Positions 22,617 through 24,667 of a stretch of DNA of 24,667 nucleotides are shown here, piece after piece. Position numbers and translations under genes: made by a program. The notes beneath the pieces are model-generated. The model saw nothing but the letters and a program-made list of their open reading frames with translations. It was not told where the DNA came from and did not search any database. Every line of letters starts with the position of its first letter. The first letter of the stretch is position 1. The stretch is from a virus (lineage: Duplodnaviria; Caudoviricetes): positions 1 through 24,667 of IMG/VR virus record IMGVR_UViG_3300033518_000364. The stretch is one strand, 5' to 3'.

Positions 22617-24047
22617 TTAGATCAATAATAGTCGGAACAGCGCGGTGCCGCTGGCGTTGAGCGAGTACAACCAACGCACGGCACCACTACTTCCAGGCAG
22701 TTCAACGACCCACACCTTGTTGCCAATGACGGCTGCGCCGTCCGGGTACATATTCGTGCTCAATGGTTCAAGCAGGTTTCCCCGGACCGAGTACTTGAAG
22801 TAGCGCACAGCGAGGCTCGCGGATTCCTTGCGGATGTAAATGTAGCGACCGGCCGCGACGGACCCTGACCCGGAGTTGATCGTCTCGGTGGCCGGTCCGT
22901 AGTTGGTGACCGCCGACCAAGCGTTGAGCGCGATGTCGTAACGGTCGAGTAAACTGCCCGTGCCGCGGAAGCTGTAGATGTAGCGACCGTTCATGATATT
23001 GGCCTCGTTGGCCCAGTTCGTGTCGCCGGTGACCCGCACCCAGTCTGCCTGCATCCCTGCCACTGGTGCGCCACCACGGGCCACTCCTGGGGCGAGCGTC
23101 GTCCATGAGTTCCCGCTGATCGAGTAGCGGTACATAGTCACGGCGTTGTTGCCGAGCAGGTAGAGGTGGTCGTCGTTGCCGGTGATTTCGTAGACGCTGG
23201 TGGCGTCAGGGTTGGTCGTCCATGCTGCGGACACGGTGATCACGGTTGCCGTGTTTGATGCGATGGTTCGCACCTGGCCGATGCCGGTACCCGCAGTGAT
23301 TCGCACCTGCGAGTTCGTCCATTGGTTGACGGTCCACGCCTTGCCCGTGTTGGTCAGTGTCGAACCTGCGCCAGCAGTTGCGGTGTCCGTGGCGATCACC
23401 TCGTTCGACGTGATGGACACGAGCCGGGCGTCGGTAGCGATGGTGGCCGGGAGACCCGTCTGCGACAGCGAGGCCCACGTCATCGTCAGCGGGTCGAACT
23501 CGCGGAACGAACCGGCAGCCTGCGTGCCAGCATTGAGAACGAAGAACCGACCGACCTCGGCCGCGAGCGTGTCGGATGCGGCAGGAGCGAACGGGAGCGG
23601 CGTGTCCAGTTGAATCGTTGACGTGCCACCCGCGGGCGACAAGATGACGCCCGTGACGGTGCGCTCCAAGCCGACGTTGTCAGCGGTGCCGGTGAGGAAC
23701 CGTACCTTGCGCCCGACGCACATGCTGTTGATCGCCGTCGAGGTGACGACCGTTGAAGTGGTGCCGCCAGCAGCGGCGGTAATGGTGCGCGACCAGCGCC
23801 CACGAGCGCCGCACGAACCTGCACCGAACGTGCCAGCCAGGCCACCGGACGGGATCTGCGTCCACGCATCCTCGTCGTGGTGGTACAGATAGTGAACCAC
23901 TGTTGACCGGACGAACAGTGCCAGGTTGTCGGTCTTGTCGTTGGAGTGGACGATGAACGTGCCCGCTGCGGTGACGAAAGGGGCGGGTGTCATGTGTTGC
24001 CACTCCTTGCGATGCACGAGCGGGGTGGGGGTTGCGGTGATTGCCAT
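22617..24047 (-). CDS. 476-aa Thr/Ala/Gly-rich beta-structured virion protein (kelch/propeller-like blades), putative receptor-binding or fibre-tip protein
   Basis: AGAGGAG RBS before ATG 24047; blade-like motifs FDPLTMTW, YSISGNSWT, YDIALNAWS; two similar inserts (VRFLTGT..G.ERT / VRITAGTGIGQVRT). Confidence 0.7.
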   Translation of the reverse strand: MAITATPTPLVHRKEWQHMTPAPFVTAAGTFIVHSNDKTDNLALFVRSTVVHYLYHHDEDAWTQIPSGGLAGTFGAGSCGARGRWSRTITAAAGGTTSTVVTSTAINSMCVGRKVRFLTGTADNVGLERTVTGVILSPAGGTSTIQLDTPLPFAPAASDTLAAEVGRFFVLNAGTQAAGSFREFDPLTMTWASLSQTGLPATIATDARLVSITSNEVIATDTATAGAGSTLTNTGKAWTVNQWTNSQVRITAGTGIGQVRTIASNTATVITVSAAWTTNPDATSVYEITGNDDHLYLLGNNAVTMYRYSISGNSWTTLAPGVARGGAPVAGMQADWVRVTGDTNWANEANIMNGRYIYSFRGTGSLLDRYDIALNAWSAVTNYGPATETINSGSGSVAAGRYIYIRKESASLAVRYFKYSVRGNLLEPLSTNMYPDGAAVIGNKVWVVELPGSSGAVRWLYSLNASGTALFRLLLI

Positions 24048-24057
24048 GATGGCTCCT

Positions 24058-24363
24058 CTACGAGAACGTGATGTGGTCGATATTGCCGATGAGCGCGGCA
24101 AGGTTCTGTGCGGCGGGCACGACTTGGTTGGTCGGAACGCCGCCCGTTGACGATTGCCCAACAATGTTGGTGATCGTGCCGGAACTGACGGCAACCGAGG
24201 GGGCGTTGACGACGCTCACGCGCAGCGCCCCCGTCGTCTCCCGTACTGCGGACAGCACCCCGACGTGCTGGGCGAGCATCGTCAGCAGTTCGATCAGTTC
24301 GTTTTGGCTGAGCTGCGTTTCTTCGAGGGCGAGGTCGCCCAAGGCGTTCTTGACTGTCATCAT
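24058..24363 (-). CDS. 101-aa hypothetical protein, first gene of the high-GC cassette
   Basis: Start overlaps the collagen-gene stop (ATGA); its TAG abuts the next RBS. Confidence 0.75.
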   Translation of the reverse strand: MMTVKNALGDLALEETQLSQNELIELLTMLAQHVGVLSAVRETTGALRVSVVNAPSVAVSSGTITNIVGQSSTGGVPTNQVVPAAQNLAALIGNIDHITFS

Positions 24364-24667
24364 ACACCATCCTGATATAGTAGTTGAAAATCGTTGTCGG
24401 ATGTGTCAAACCAAACCCATGGGGTCAATTCGCTTGGTTGAGAACCGCCAATATAAAGCGGAACACCACTGGAGTTTTCTCCGGGAATACCTTGAATGCC
24501 TTGGTCTCCCGTGTCACCTTTGATACCTTGAATGCCTTGGTCTCCCGTGTCACCTTTGATACCTTGAATGCCTTGGTCTCCCGTGTCACCCTTGACGCCT
24601 TGAATGCCTTGGTCTCCCGTGTCACCCTTGACGCCTTGAATGCCTTGGTCTCCCGTGTCACCCTTGA
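24360..24667 (-). CDS. Collagen-like (Gly-X-Y) fibre protein, 5'-truncated by the window end; frame missed by the ORF track
   Basis: Frame from 24665 reads (KGDTGDQGIQG[V/I])x5 PGENSSGVPLYIGGSQPSELTPWVWFDTSDNDFQLLYQDGV-stop. Confidence 0.9.
   Translation of the reverse strand, partial: KGDTGDQGIQGVKGDTGDQGIQGVKGDTGDQGIQGIKGDTGDQGIQGIKGDTGDQGIQGIPGENSSGVPLYIGGSQPSELTPWVWFDTSDNDFQLLYQDGV
24486..24667 (-). repeat. 36-bp tandem repeat, at least 5 copies, running off the window end
   Basis: AA(G/A)GGTGACACGGGAGACCAAGGCATTCAAGG(C/T)(G/A)TC unit on the minus strand. Confidence 0.97.

Noticed and set aside
24048-24194. 49-aa N-terminal extension of the 525-aa ORF
   Set aside because: Overlaps the 101-aa gene; the strong RBS points to ATG 24047
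24425-24661. 78-aa RETKAFK-repeat ORF, and the 36-bp repeats as CRISPR
   Set aside because: Alternative frame of the collagen repeat; repeats have no spacers
1-24667. tRNA genes, integrase, DGR/reverse transcriptase, inteins or introns, stop-codon recoding
   Set aside because: No supporting motifs seen; genes are intact and tightly packed under the standard code

Overview
A 24.7-kb piece of a tailed dsDNA phage genome (siphovirus type); every credible gene is on the minus strand. Reading in the direction of transcription (right to left): truncated collagen-like protein, a GC-rich two-gene cassette (101 aa plus a 476-aa beta-rich virion protein), small terminase, HNH nuclease, putative head fibre, M15-type endolysin, head-tail adaptor, an HxGxxGMxWG-motif protein, large terminase, a 53-aa ORF missed by the ORF track, portal, protease/scaffold/major-capsid fusion, stopper, tail terminator, major tail protein, tail chaperone, second major-tail-like paralogue, glycine-rich fibre, HK97-gp10-like protein, tape measure, Dit, Gp37-like hub, two membrane proteins, Dp-1-type holin, a 96-aa protein and a DUF6353-like gene cut by a fold-back artefact. 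From memory (no search run), gene order and motifs resemble the ReqiPepy6/ReqiPoco6-like actinobacteriophage lineage. Most interesting signals: (1) two tandem, near-equal-length (115/116 nt) candidate structured ncRNAs at 645-920, each behind a copy of a conserved promoter-like motif; (2) a recurrent hydrophobic-x-His motif in the capsid-fusion linker that is shared with the N-termini of two small head-region proteins, a candidate protease-cleavage/capsid-targeting code; (3) an apparently imported high-GC cassette; (4) a two-state hairpin after the major tail gene. All family names are from recognition of motifs and synteny, not database hits.
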